Virus record (IMG/VR): IMGVR_UViG_3300025117_000031
Coordinates: 1-64,000 of that record
DNA from: a virus
DNA length: 64,000 bases
Strand: one strand, 5' to 3'
The notes under the pieces are model-generated. The model had not been told where the DNA came from, made no database searches, and saw nothing but the letters and a program-made list of their open reading frames with translations. Below, in pieces: positions 8,826-18,966 of the stretch. The translations under genes were made by a program, and so were the position numbers. The stretch's first letter is position 1. Each line of letters opens with the position of its first letter.

Positions 8826-9155
8826 ATGAAGAAGCTTTTTTTAGATGACGAAAGGCAATGTCCTTCTGGCTGGGAGCCGGTGAAGACAGCAGAGGACATG
8901 ATTTATCTTCTTAGAACCCTCCAAAACGTTTCAGAGGTTTCTTTTGATCATGATTTGGGCGATGGACTTAAGACGGGTATGGATGTTATCAACTGGATGG
9001 ACGAGTGGATGTTTTTTCATCGAGACTGGAATCCTCCGACTGTCAACATCCACAGTGCAAACCCAAAGGGCGTCGAGAATATGAAGCGCGCTCTCTTGAG
9101 AATGGAAGAGAGATACGGAAAGAAGATTTTTGGTAGAGTTTGGTCCACAACGTAA
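8826..9155 (+). CDS. Cyclic-phosphate-processing receiver-domain protein
   Basis: KLFLDDER, SFDHDLG, TGMD, IHSANP motifs. Confidence 0.8.
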   Translation: MKKLFLDDERQCPSGWEPVKTAEDMIYLLRTLQNVSEVSFDHDLGDGLKTGMDVINWMDEWMFFHRDWNPPTVNIHSANPKGVENMKRALLRMEERYGKKIFGRVWSTT

Positions 9156-9325
9156 TCAGAAAGAAAACAAAATGTCGTATTATCACAACGGATATAATTC
9201 CGAAAAGACTCTCGATTATGCAACAGGCTTTCTTGTTTTTTGTTTTGTTCTTGTTGTTCTTTTCGCTTGAGTTTTGTTCCCGCCGATTATAATGGGGAAA
9301 CTTTCAGACAAGAGGTAAAAAGAAA

Positions 9326-9550
9326 ATGGACACCATAACCACAGACTACGAAAAGAAGGCTTTGCTGCTTAGTGAGAGGATTAACGACCAGGCAAATGTT
9401 TTTTTTAAGATGGTTTCGCATCTTTCTTTCAAAGAAGAGGAAAGGAATTTGTTGTTGAGCATTCTGCATTCAGCGTACTCCAGCGGGTTTTTTGATGGTT
9501 CGATGGAAGCATCTTATCCTGGGGTTGTTCTCAAGGCAGAGGAAAAGTAA
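9326..9550 (+). CDS. Hypothetical protein
   Basis: ORF with GAGG RBS. Confidence 0.55.
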   Translation: MDTITTDYEKKALLLSERINDQANVFFKMVSHLSFKEEERNLLLSILHSAYSSGFFDGSMEASYPGVVLKAEEK

Positions 9551-9551
9551 A

Positions 9552-9857
9552 ATGAAAGCGATTTATTATATTGTGGCTGCGGCTATTGCCCTTTTCGTGT
9601 CTGTGCTTCAGGTGGCTTGGAATTCATGGGTGATCATGTGTATTTGGGATTGGTATAATCTTTCTTTTTTCTTTCCCTTTGTTTTGAATTTTTATACAAC
9701 GGCTGGAATTCTGATGATTGTTTATATTATTCGGCAAAAGCCATATAAGAAGCACAAGGAAGAAGAACTTCTTGCAGAGACGGCTCCGCTTTGGTGTCCA
9801 TTTCTTGTTGGGGCAAGCTTTCTGTCTATTGCTTGGCTTCTTCTGAAGATTTTTTAA
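9552..9857 (+). CDS. Membrane protein
   Basis: Three hydrophobic segments. Confidence 0.6.
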   Translation: MKAIYYIVAAAIALFVSVLQVAWNSWVIMCIWDWYNLSFFFPFVLNFYTTAGILMIVYIIRQKPYKKHKEEELLAETAPLWCPFLVGASFLSIAWLLLKIF

Positions 9858-9899
9858 TTGAAACTTTAAGCTAGAAGAAATCGTGAAAGGATATAAAAA

Positions 9900-11327
9900 A
9901 TGGGAAACGTTACAATTAAGAAATTTCAAATTCATAAGCCGATTGGACTTTCTTGGCAGGAGTTTGGGAAAAAGATTCGTTTACTGTCAGAACAATGTTC
10001 AGACATAAAAAACACTTATGCTGTAGAATATTATTTAGCAGATAGAAAGAATTTAGAAATAGAAAACAAGCTGCTCTCGTCTTTTGAATTTAAAAACGGC
10101 AAGTATGATAAATCTTCAAAGGAGGGGTGTCTTAAGTCTAAAACCTATCATACTCTGGTTAAACCAAAATATCTCTTGATTTCTACTCCGATTATGGAAG
10201 GACTTAAAATACAAGTTGGAGACTTTTATGTGAGACACAGGTTTGCAACTTTAGTAAAAAAAGAAGAGTCTGTTTTGTTCTTTAAAAGAACAAGCCCAGT
10301 TCCCTTCCCCAAGGGCAGTTATGAACTCTTTTTGTCCGAGGAGAAAGAATTTTGTGTTAGGCTTACAACAGGGTCAAAGAGTGTTCCCAAAGAGGAAAGA
10401 AAAATTAGCTTTGTTTTAAAAAGTTCAAAGCTTCCTGCTTTTCTCAAAAAAGAAATGAAGAGTATGTGGGAAGGGAGGCTTGGAACCGGAGAGTGCTATT
10501 TGCAGATAAAAGATAATAAGATTTTCTTTCTTGTGTCTTGCAAACACCCTCCGGTTGTCACAGAGCTAGACTCAAATGTTATTATGGGAATTGATTTGGG
10601 GATAGCGCATCCGTGGACTATTGCTTTTTCTAATTCCGAAAAGCGGGACTTTTCAATGGATGCTTCTTTAATACGAAAAAATCAAACCCAATTTCGGGAA
10701 AGAAGAAGAAGTATTCAAAGAGGATATAAAAACTATGAAGAGCGCAAAGGAAGAGGACGAAAGAAAGCCCTAGAGCCAACGCTTTCAATCGAAAACAGGG
10801 AGAGTAGTTGGGCAGATACAATGAACCACAAAATGTCTAAAGCATTGATTAACCGAGCAATAAAAGAAGGAGCTAAAACCATTCAAATGGAAAACCTTTC
10901 TGGCATTACTGCCGGGAAAAAGCCAAAGTTTCTTAAAAATTGGAGATATTTTGATCTTCAAACAAAGATAGAATATAAGGCAAAGATTGTGGGAATTAAG
11001 GTTGTGAAGATAAATCCTCAATACACGTCTCAAAGGTGTTCAGAGTGTGGAACGATCCACGAAGATAATCGCAAGACACAAGAAAAATTTGTTTGTGTTT
11101 CTTGTGGATATACTGCAAACGCAGATTATAATGCAGCAAAAAACATTGCTACAAAAGACATAGAAAATATGATTAAGGAATATTGCATAAAAAACAAACT
11201 TCCTTACCGTGGATTAAAGGATGATGAGTATGAATGTGAGGAGACTGGTACGTCGGAGACGGAAGAGTCTTCAACAAGACGAGAAGAAGAAAAAGCTGTT
11301 GACAAAAGCATAGAAGATGTGCTATAG
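9900..11327 (+). CDS. cas12f: Compact type V effector, Cas12f (Cas14/C2c10)-like
   Basis: 475 aa. RuvC MGIDLG, IQMENLSGI and NADYNAAKNIA; YFDLQTKIEYKA and YTSQRCSECG...CVSCG typical of Cas12f1/TnpB. Adjacent tracr-like RNA and CRISPR array. Confidence 0.85.
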   Translation: MGNVTIKKFQIHKPIGLSWQEFGKKIRLLSEQCSDIKNTYAVEYYLADRKNLEIENKLLSSFEFKNGKYDKSSKEGCLKSKTYHTLVKPKYLLISTPIMEGLKIQVGDFYVRHRFATLVKKEESVLFFKRTSPVPFPKGSYELFLSEEKEFCVRLTTGSKSVPKEERKISFVLKSSKLPAFLKKEMKSMWEGRLGTGECYLQIKDNKIFFLVSCKHPPVVTELDSNVIMGIDLGIAHPWTIAFSNSEKRDFSMDASLIRKNQTQFRERRRSIQRGYKNYEERKGRGRKKALEPTLSIENRESSWADTMNHKMSKALINRAIKEGAKTIQMENLSGITAGKKPKFLKNWRYFDLQTKIEYKAKIVGIKVVKINPQYTSQRCSECGTIHEDNRKTQEKFVCVSCGYTANADYNAAKNIATKDIENMIKEYCIKNKLPYRGLKDDEYECEETGTSETEESSTRREEEKAVDKSIEDVL

Positions 11328-11328
11328 T
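11299..11328 (+). promoter_or_regulatory. sigma70 promoter for the tracr/array transcript, inside the 3' end of cas12f
   Basis: TTGACA-N18-TATAGT with extended -10 TG. Confidence 0.65.
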
Positions 11329-11365
11329 TATGTCATTCTTGGGGCGGCAATAGCCACAAGATAAA

Positions 11366-11378
11366 GTTCTTTGAAAAA
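11366..11378 (+). promoter_or_regulatory. boxA-like antitermination element
   Basis: GTTCTTTGAAAAACTGAATA resembles rRNA-operon boxA (GTTCTTTGAAAAC). Confidence 0.5.
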
Positions 11379-11394
11379 CTGAATAAAGAATAAA

Positions 11395-11600
11395 TTTGGG
11401 AATAGAATACAGTTTTGTATTCTGGGCGTGGTCCCACGCCCTAATCTGAGAAAGTGGCCCAAGAAAGTCTTAATAAAATAAGACTGGTATGGCAATACTC
11501 TCGGAAAGCCGTGCGGAGTTTCCGCCTACAGAAGCATGTATAGCAAAGAATAAATTCTTTGACGGATATGCTATTCCCGCATGTGGCAGGGGAGCCACAG
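11395..11600 (+). ncRNA. Putative Cas12f tracrRNA
   Basis: Serial hairpins. Loop GGTCC (11430-11434) is complementary to the repeat 3' end GGACC. CCTAAT..GAGAAAGTGGCC core. Anti-repeat at 11571-11596. Confidence 0.7.
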
Positions 11601-11625
11601 TTGGGTATGACTTCGATGTCATAGA

Positions 11626-11897
11626 GTCTCCCCCGCGTGTGCGGGGATGGACCTGGCAAAAGCGTGGTCGAAGGCTAAAAAAAGATGTCTCCCCCGCGTG
11701 TGCGGGGATGGACCAGCCCCGGTGCCAACATTTTTCCCCCGTCCTACGTCTCCCCCGCGTGTGCGGGGATGGACCTTCTGCCAAGAGCACAGAAAAAAGA
11801 TCCTGAAAGTCTCCCCCGCGTGTGCGGGGATGGACCTTCTTCTAATGTGCAGCCTAATAGCGTCAACGTGTCTCCCCTGCGTGTGTGGGGATGGACC
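11626..11897 (+). CRISPR. CRISPR array: 5 repeats of 28 bp and 4 spacers of 33 bp; type I-E-like repeat
   Basis: GTCTCCCCCGCGTGTGCGGGGATGGACC at 11626, 11687, 11748 and 11809; degenerate trailer copy at 11870 (2 substitutions); constant 61-bp period. Confidence 0.97.
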
Positions 11898-11928
11898 CCG
11901 AAACTTCCGAACAAGAGAGAAAAAAGAA

Positions 11929-12156
11929 ATGCTAGCGACAACGGTTTCGATCCACGTCGACAAGACCTCGATGAAGATCGCCAAGACTCTTTCGACAATC
12001 AATCCTCCGGGGTCGGAGATTTTCGGGCTTGTGCGTCGAGGTGGGGCGATCAGTGGTGCGGCTCTCTCGCTTGCCAATGGAGTTCTGGTTGACGCAATCA
12101 ACGGATGTTTTCGTCGCCTTCCGTCGAGCTATCGTCTGACGGCAAAGGAGGGGTGA
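11929..12156 (+). CDS. Hypothetical protein
   Basis: ATG after the array, in frame with the ORF-track entry. Confidence 0.5.
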   Translation: MLATTVSIHVDKTSMKIAKTLSTINPPGSEIFGLVRRGGAISGAALSLANGVLVDAINGCFRRLPSSYRLTAKEG

Positions 12157-12157
12157 G

Positions 12158-12394
12158 ATGGACTTCACGAACTTTGACAGAGATTCTCAAAAAAAGAAGA
12201 TTGTTGAAAACGTAAAGAACAACTATGCAAAGGCGATTGTAGAATCCCTTCGACAAGCGGCAAATGCAATTGATTTTGCGAGAAAGAACAGTTCACTTCC
12301 GGCAGAAAGAATCATTTCTGTTTTGAGAAACTGTAACAATGATTGTTTGAGCCTCGTAGAGACATACTTGTCTGTGGACAACGGGAGGGATTAG
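12158..12394 (+). CDS. Hypothetical protein
   Basis: GGAGG RBS; operon spacing. Confidence 0.65.
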   Translation: MDFTNFDRDSQKKKIVENVKNNYAKAIVESLRQAANAIDFARKNSSLPAERIISVLRNCNNDCLSLVETYLSVDNGRD

Positions 12395-12395
12395 A

Positions 12396-12614
12396 ATGTT
12401 ACTGATTGAAGAAATCAAAAAGCTAAAGGAAATTATTTGTTTGCTTGCGAAAGCGCATCAGATTGTTTCCAATCTTTCTATAACAAATCAAAAAGCCTCC
12501 GACGAGATAACTTTTCACATTATTCAGATGTACATGAGTCTGTGTAGTAAGGAAGAAACCGAAGAGCTTTACAAGATGATTGTTGGGGTTTTGGGAGAGA
12601 AGAGGGAGAAGTAA
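12396..12614 (+). CDS. Hypothetical protein
   Basis: Operon spacing, RBS. Confidence 0.6.
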   Translation: MLLIEEIKKLKEIICLLAKAHQIVSNLSITNQKASDEITFHIIQMYMSLCSKEETEELYKMIVGVLGEKREK

Positions 12615-13106
12615 ATGTTTTTTGAACACAAACGTTCTTACCGACATGAATATAAGGGAGAACGCGAGTTTGAATCTTACAAAGATAAACAAGGAAATCA
12701 AGTTTACGCAAAGGTCGTGGAAATTAATCCTCGTTTTTGGAAGTCTGGCGGATACTTAGAATTCCGGTATCTGGAGAAGTTTCTTTCCAAAGAGGAACAA
12801 AAGGACGGTTCTTATCTTATTTCCGACCAAGAACGAGAAGTTACTCGTTTTACGATTTATGACACCGATTCCTTCCACAAAATAAAAAGAAGCAAACCCA
12901 ATCTTTTTTTCTTTATTCCTTCTGGGTTTCAATCAATGATGATTACGGGTATAGCAAAGGAAGAGATCACGGGGGAGGCTGCAGATTCTGCACTTTGGGA
13001 CATTTTTTATAGTAACATCGTGAAAACAAAGGCTTTTAAAGAGTTTCTACCCTTGGTCCACGAGTATTATATAGATTTTGAAAGAAAGGCAAAGAAGAAA
13101 GATTAA
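12615..13106 (+). CDS. Hypothetical protein
   Basis: Abuts previous ORF. Confidence 0.7.
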   Translation: MFFEHKRSYRHEYKGEREFESYKDKQGNQVYAKVVEINPRFWKSGGYLEFRYLEKFLSKEEQKDGSYLISDQEREVTRFTIYDTDSFHKIKRSKPNLFFFIPSGFQSMMITGIAKEEITGEAADSALWDIFYSNIVKTKAFKEFLPLVHEYYIDFERKAKKKD

Positions 13107-13163
13107 AAACAGCTTGCTTTAAAGAAAGAAATTTGATACTATTGGTTTTATAGGGAGGAACAA

Positions 13164-13358
13164 ATGGACAAGCAGAAGTATCAAATTCGAAATGTCTCGA
13201 AGGCCATTGTCAACGGACAGAACAGAAAGATGTTCCAGCTTTGGGCATTTATGTCCAAGAGCGGCTGCTGGGTCTACAGCGGGACCTTTACTGCGCCAGT
13301 GAGGACCGCAAAGAAGAACCTTTTTGATTTTGTGTGTCTCCATGGTTGCGAAGATTAA
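13164..13358 (+). CDS. Hypothetical protein
   Basis: GGAGGA RBS. Confidence 0.6.
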   Translation: MDKQKYQIRNVSKAIVNGQNRKMFQLWAFMSKSGCWVYSGTFTAPVRTAKKNLFDFVCLHGCED

Positions 13359-13427
13359 AAAGAAAACTTTCTTCTTGCTCTTTTATTCGGGTTTTGATAG
13401 TTAGGGTTAGAGAGCAAGGGGAAGGCG

Positions 13428-13685
13428 ATGTCACGCAGCTACAAGAAGACGCCAGTTTTTAACAATGCCCGTACCTCCAATCGCAAGGAGGATAGGACAG
13501 ATAACAACCGGAGCCGTCGGCACAAGGAAAAACAAATTATTAAGAGTGCCGATTTTGATCCCGAAGGGGATATTTTCCCGGAAGCCAATGAAATTTCCAC
13601 ACCTTGGGAATGGGGGTGCGACGGATGGAGGTGGGTTGATCTTGATAAGTGGGCTGAACCACACCACAAGAAGATGGGGAAGTAG
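13428..13685 (+). CDS. Small basic hypothetical protein (MSRSYKKTP type)
   Basis: Arg/Lys-rich N-terminus, Trp-rich C-terminus. Confidence 0.65.
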   Translation: MSRSYKKTPVFNNARTSNRKEDRTDNNRSRRHKEKQIIKSADFDPEGDIFPEANEISTPWEWGCDGWRWVDLDKWAEPHHKKMGK

Positions 13686-13756
13686 TTTTTTATTGACTCT
13701 TGGGGAAAACTCTTGTATAAAGAGAGATAACTTCCGAGCAAGAAAGAAAAAAGAAA

Positions 13757-14173
13757 ATGTCGAAGACGAACAGCACCACCGCTCTCATCAACTTCTGCAA
13801 CAACAACAACGGGGGGTTCAATAAGACTGAGCTTTCCATTTATGTTCAGAACAACGGAAACCCGGAAAGATTGGGGGTGTTTATTCGGGACATTATTGGA
13901 GAGTCGAGCTTCCCGAATTATCTAAACATTGAGGCGGGAGCACGATTTCTCGAAGATCTTTTGAATTCTGAGGAATACAGGGCTCATACTGTTAAGGCTT
14001 CTTGGAAGTCGAAGGCGGATTACATTTATAACATCTCAAGGACGTCCCGCTATTGGGCGATGGACGTCTCGCACGAGGGCGAGGAGGTGTACAACGGAAT
14101 GGTTTCGGAGTTTAAGGGAGAGGTGGAGATCGTTTCTGTTACGATCCCTCTCGATTCCTCTTCTTCGTTCTAG
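13757..14173 (+). CDS. Hypothetical protein
   Basis: Own TTGACT...TATAAA promoter. Confidence 0.65.
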   Translation: MSKTNSTTALINFCNNNNGGFNKTELSIYVQNNGNPERLGVFIRDIIGESSFPNYLNIEAGARFLEDLLNSEEYRAHTVKASWKSKADYIYNISRTSRYWAMDVSHEGEEVYNGMVSEFKGEVEIVSVTIPLDSSSSF

Positions 14174-14268
14174 ACAAAATCCTAAAAGCCTCAAGTTTTT
14201 TCTTATTGACCTTTCCAAAAAGTTGTGTTATTATTCTTTTGTTCAACACCACAAGAGAAAGAAAAACA

Positions 14269-14706
14269 ATGTCAAACACAAATCTTCGTGAATCTCCGGT
14301 TCTTTTCGAGTGTGCTCGTTACCTTAAAAGGGAGCTGGCAGATTATCCAGGACTTAATGTTCTTGCACAGAGCCTTTACGACGTTCTCTTGATTGCCCTA
14401 GAGGAGGAGAGGGCAAAGGCTGTCCCGGAGCTGCCCAAAACCGAGGAAATTAAGCCTGGGCCAACCTCAGCAACGGAGGAGATGTTTCTTGAAGGCAGGG
14501 ATACTAACGTGAATTGTTCCGATTCCGATTGGATTGCTGGTCGTTTGGGACACAATCCTTATTGGAGAAATTGTAAAGAAGGGAATCACAATTTGACGCA
14601 CGAGCCGGATGACCAGGGATTTTATCAGTGTGTAGATTGTGGACGGACTTTCTTCTTGGATGCAAACACAAGAAAAATCATAGAGAGACGAAGTTTCGAA
14701 AAGTAG
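14269..14706 (+). CDS. Hypothetical protein with C-terminal zinc ribbon
   Basis: C-x3-H...CVDCG; own promoter. Confidence 0.65.
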   Translation: MSNTNLRESPVLFECARYLKRELADYPGLNVLAQSLYDVLLIALEEERAKAVPELPKTEEIKPGPTSATEEMFLEGRDTNVNCSDSDWIAGRLGHNPYWRNCKEGNHNLTHEPDDQGFYQCVDCGRTFFLDANTRKIIERRSFEK

Positions 14707-14710
14707 AATT

Positions 14711-17700
14711 ATGTCCAACACACAAAAAAAAGAAGATCTCTACCCTTCCAGTGGTATTCTTGGATATCTTTTTTTTGAATTTTCTGGACATTATGCTTCA
14801 AACACCTGGAATAACAAACTAAGACGGTCTATTAATTCTTTTGTTCTTGATTATGAAAAGTCTATTGTAGAGTCAAAACTTTTTACTTCTGAATTCAATA
14901 AAAACTTTCATTTGGTTTCCGATAAACACAAAAGACGAAATAAAAGAAATCGAGCAAAGATTGTTCTTTGTCAAGTTTTATCCGTTAACAAGCTTTATTC
15001 CAAAATCAAAGAATATCGGCATGTTTCCAATTTGTGCAGCGATTTAGAGCACAATCTTTATCATTCTTCTTTAGGAGAACTTGACGTTAAAAATCCGGGT
15101 GTTATCTGTTTGGCAGAAGATAAAAGGTTTGGCATTTGCCTTCCGATGAATAAAGAGGTTTACGATTATTTCATTGTCAATAAAAACACAGACTATGCAG
15201 CAACAACGAAAAGAACTTTATCTTCGATTGGAACGGGAGGAGGTATTTTTTCGTCCACAAGGGATGTGGGATATATTCTAAAGCTTTCCGGGCATTTGAT
15301 TATCCCCGAGAGAGAAGAATAAAATGTTGTATTATTTCTTGGAAAGTAGGGAAGCTCCACACGTTCTAACCGAAGAAGCAAAAAAGAAGGTAGCAGAGTT
15401 TTTCTCGAAAGGGCCAAACCCCTATGGAAGTAGATTACCCATATATACCGATGAAATTGTGATTTTCTTTCTATCGCCAAAGAATTGGCCAGTAGACATA
15501 AAGTATTTTGCTCTTACAGGTTGGGCAAGAAAGGTCTCAGGTGTGAGGTTTATAGAGTGGAGAGAATACGAGTTGAAAGCTCCACTATCACAGGAAGGGC
15601 GTGACTGGTCTTTGGGAACTAAAATTCCAATCACAGAGGAAACTTACAGTGTAGTGAACAATAAAGAGATTTTCCTAAAGCCGCTTCCTTTTCTAATTGT
15701 TGAGGAAGAAAAAGATTGACAATGCAACTTAATTCTCGGCAAAGACGACAAAAAATGGAGAGAGAGCAGAAAGCCGAAACAATAGGGCATTTCTTTATTG
15801 AGTTCTCAGAAAGAGAATACAGCAAGTATCAGCCTGAAGATTCCCAATATTATTACTATAACAAAGACTTTCTTGAGTGTTTGTCGACAGTTAGAGATGT
15901 TATTTTGTTTCCAAAAGACTTTCCTCTTATTCCAAGAAAATATTATAGCAGAATGATGTTGATCAAAGTTAAAAAAATCGGGGTTAATCGGTATTTGTAC
16001 AGAGAAAATCTTGTTAAGCCGTGTTTTAACGAGTTCCGAAAGAAATACTTTGCCAAAACAAACGGCTTTTTCCATGTGGCGCACGATGAATTTCTTGGAT
16101 TGTCAATCCCAATCACAAGAGAGACTTACGATGTATTGTTGGGAAGAAGAAAAGAAAAAGAACCAGTGTTTGTGTTTAATAACAACGTATTGAATACTGG
16201 TCTTTTGATTTTACCAAGATAAACAAAATGCAAAGCCTAAAAACAGAAGACTTGACACAGACAGATTATTTCTTTTATGGTCCCTATTTTGGGAACAATA
16301 CAAAAAATTCAATAGTTGTAAATTATACTTTAAGTAACTCTAGCAGTTGGGAGTTTTTTGATCACTCGTTTGAATTTTTAAAGTGGAGTCGTGCTATTCT
16401 AGCTTTAGTGCCTCAAAACCCAATTCTTGATAGATCATGTGGTGGGTTTTCCCAAGACACAAGAAATAAAATTTGTCGAGGAGTCGTAGAGCAATTAACC
16501 GAAACGCACAAAACGTTCCTATTCAAGAGATTTTTTGAAGAGTCTGTGCAGAAGGACGGAATCGATAAGGAATACATAGAGTTAAACGCACAAGAGCACG
16601 TAGGTATTATAATTCCATTGACAGAAGAGACCTATAATGTATTCTATAAAGAGCCGGATTTAAGAAGAAGCGTATTTCCTCTTTTTATTCCAAAGCCATG
16701 GAGACTGTAAACTAACAGGTATATAAAATGGAAACCGATTATTTCTTTTATGGTCCGTTTTTTGGTGGTAGTCATGAATCTGGGCTACATAAGTTCCAAA
16801 GAAAATGTTATTACCACAATCACAGGGTTCAATGGGATTATCTCAATGAGACATGTTATATTTTAAAAGGCGAAAGTTTAGATAAAATGCGTTTTGATAA
16901 AGTAACAATTATAACAGATGCAGAATGGAAGATGAACTCTTTTTCCCAAGACACAAGAAATAAAATCGAAAAGATTATTGCCAAAAGAGTGTCAGAGACA
17001 AATAAAGTTTATGAGGCAATGAGAAACTTTGATATGTCAATTTACGAAAGAACTCCTTTTAGCGAAGAAAAGAATACAACAGTTAATCCTGTGGTCTTTC
17101 TATATGAAAACGAATGCACAGGAATAATGATACCTCTGGTAGAAGAGACTTACAATGTATTTTATAAAGACTCAAGGTTAAGAGAACCGATTGGAACTTT
17201 AATAGTTCCCGACCAGCAGCTATTAACGCATAGCGTTATGGAGCCACCAAGCAAATGACAGAAAACATCGCCAAGACAGAAAAAGAAAACGAAGAAAGCC
17301 TCGGCCACATATTTATTCCAATAGAAGAAAACAACGATAAAGCTAGAAGTTATATATTTCTTGACATTTTACAATACTTAATAAAATTCCTCCTCTTAAC
17401 ATCCTCCCAACAAGAAGAAGAAATAAGCGAAGGAATTAATCATCACCCAGTTGAATTGTGTTTAGACGTGGTGGATATTATTCTTTCCATTCAACAAAAA
17501 CAACTTCCCCAAGACATAAAAAATAAAATCGAACTAATCATAGCAACAAAGCTCTCAGAACAACATCCACTTTATAAAGAAAGCAATATCCCAATATCAG
17601 AAAGAACAGAAGAATTTAGAAACTCCAGTCATTCTAAAACAAAATCAATAGAACAACAGGTTTTTCTAAATTTCAATGAAGCCGTAGGTATTAAGATCCC

Positions 17701-18248
17701 ATTGGTAAAAGAAACATATGAAGTGCTCTATACTCTAAACAAAGAGTATGCGAAATATGTCGGCTTCTTGGTATAGAAAGGAGATAAATATGTCAGAAGA
17801 AACAGATTATCTATTTATCCCAATATTAACTAATTCTACTGCTGCTGCAGATTCAGTAAGCGCGGGCTTTATTTATTTTGTACTGTCTAATAAGCTGTAC
17901 GGATCAGTGTCGCAAAACTCAACATCTTCTTTTAAATGGGGTATAAAATCAAACAACGAAGATTATTATGACTTATTTTCACTGTTGTCCGTGGTTCTTT
18001 CCCAAGAAGAGAAAAATAAAATCAAATTAATCTCAGCCTTAAAACTATCAAAAATTCCTCCTCTTTATAAAGAAGACAAAGATTTAAACATTACAATACA
18101 TAATTGTCGTTCTCTAGAGAACTCTTCTTCCAACCTTAAATTAAAACCCTTTTCGTCTATAGGTTGTATGGTTCCCTTTACAGAATCTGTATATAGAATA
18201 TACACAACAAATAAAGAATATAAAAAGCATGTCGGCTTCCTGGTATAG
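14711..18248 (+). other. Tandem array of seven divergent paralogous CDSs (14711-15322, 15324-15719, 15716-16222, 16228-16710, 16728-17258, 17255-17776, 17790-18248)
   Basis: Shared C-terminal GxxxP[LIMF]x[KER]E[TVS]Y motif, N-terminal (D/G)[YH][FLI]F and, in the last four, SQ/PQ-[DE]xxNKI. Confidence 0.75.
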
Positions 18249-18486
18249 ACAAGACAATAAAACACAGAATAGATAATAGATAAAAATAATCAGATAAGCA
18301 CTCATTAGGATAGGGGGTACAGTATACAGCGTATACTACATATAATATCTTTTTAAATTTGGAAGAAGGCTGAGGAAAAGAAGAGAAGAATAAAAGAAAA
18401 CCTAAAGGATAAACGTGGGGGGGAGAAGGGAGCGGAGGTAGCGGGACGAATTAGCACCACGATACTGCCCAAAATTTGGCACCCCC

Positions 18487-18503
18487 TGTGACAAAATGTC
18501 ACA
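18487..18503. promoter_or_regulatory. Perfect inverted repeat (operator-like) in a promoter-rich intergenic region
   Basis: TGTGAC-AAAAT-GTCACA; TTGAC promoters at ~18525, 18648, 18764 and 18836. Confidence 0.4.
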
Positions 18504-18966
18504 CCATTCTCACCTTATTTTACTTGACAACTCCTTTTGGTTATGATATAGGGCCGATCCTTTAAAGTTGGCGAGTATATCACAAATAAATAGTAAGGTC
18601 AAGTGGTAATTTCTCGAAAAAGGTGAGAAAGGGATAAAAAATAATACTTGACATAGGATAAAAGTTAATGTACACTAGGTTGGTGGAGGGATATAGTAAA
18701 ACTGCTATATTGCAAAAACAAAGGGGTTTTATTCGATCTGTCCCTATTCAGAGATCATTTTTGTTGACTTGGGAAGATCCCATAGAGAAGTATAATAGTG
18801 GAGTATAGAATATTGGCAAGACAACAAAAAATAAGTTGACTTCTTGGGAAGAATCGTGGTATAAAGGCAGACATGGAACTGAGGTAAATGCGGAAAAAGA
18901 AGACAGACTATCTTCTTGCTAAAACCTCAGAACCTGCTTTAAGAGAACTAGTCATTCTTTTAAAGC

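Noticed and set aside
9900-11327. Nuclease-dead Cas12f/TldR regulator, or a plain transposon TnpB
   Set aside because: All three RuvC acidic residues are present; there are no transposon ends; a tracr-like RNA and an array are adjacent
11571-11596. A sixth, degenerate CRISPR repeat
   Set aside because: Off the 61-bp register and at the leader side; it pairs better as an anti-repeat, although the palindromic repeat leaves some ambiguity
11441-12101. Several ORFs across the CRISPR array
   Set aside because: Produced by stop-free repeats
18487-18503. CRP site
   Set aside because: TGTGA/TCACA spacing is 7 rather than 6; kept only as a generic palindrome
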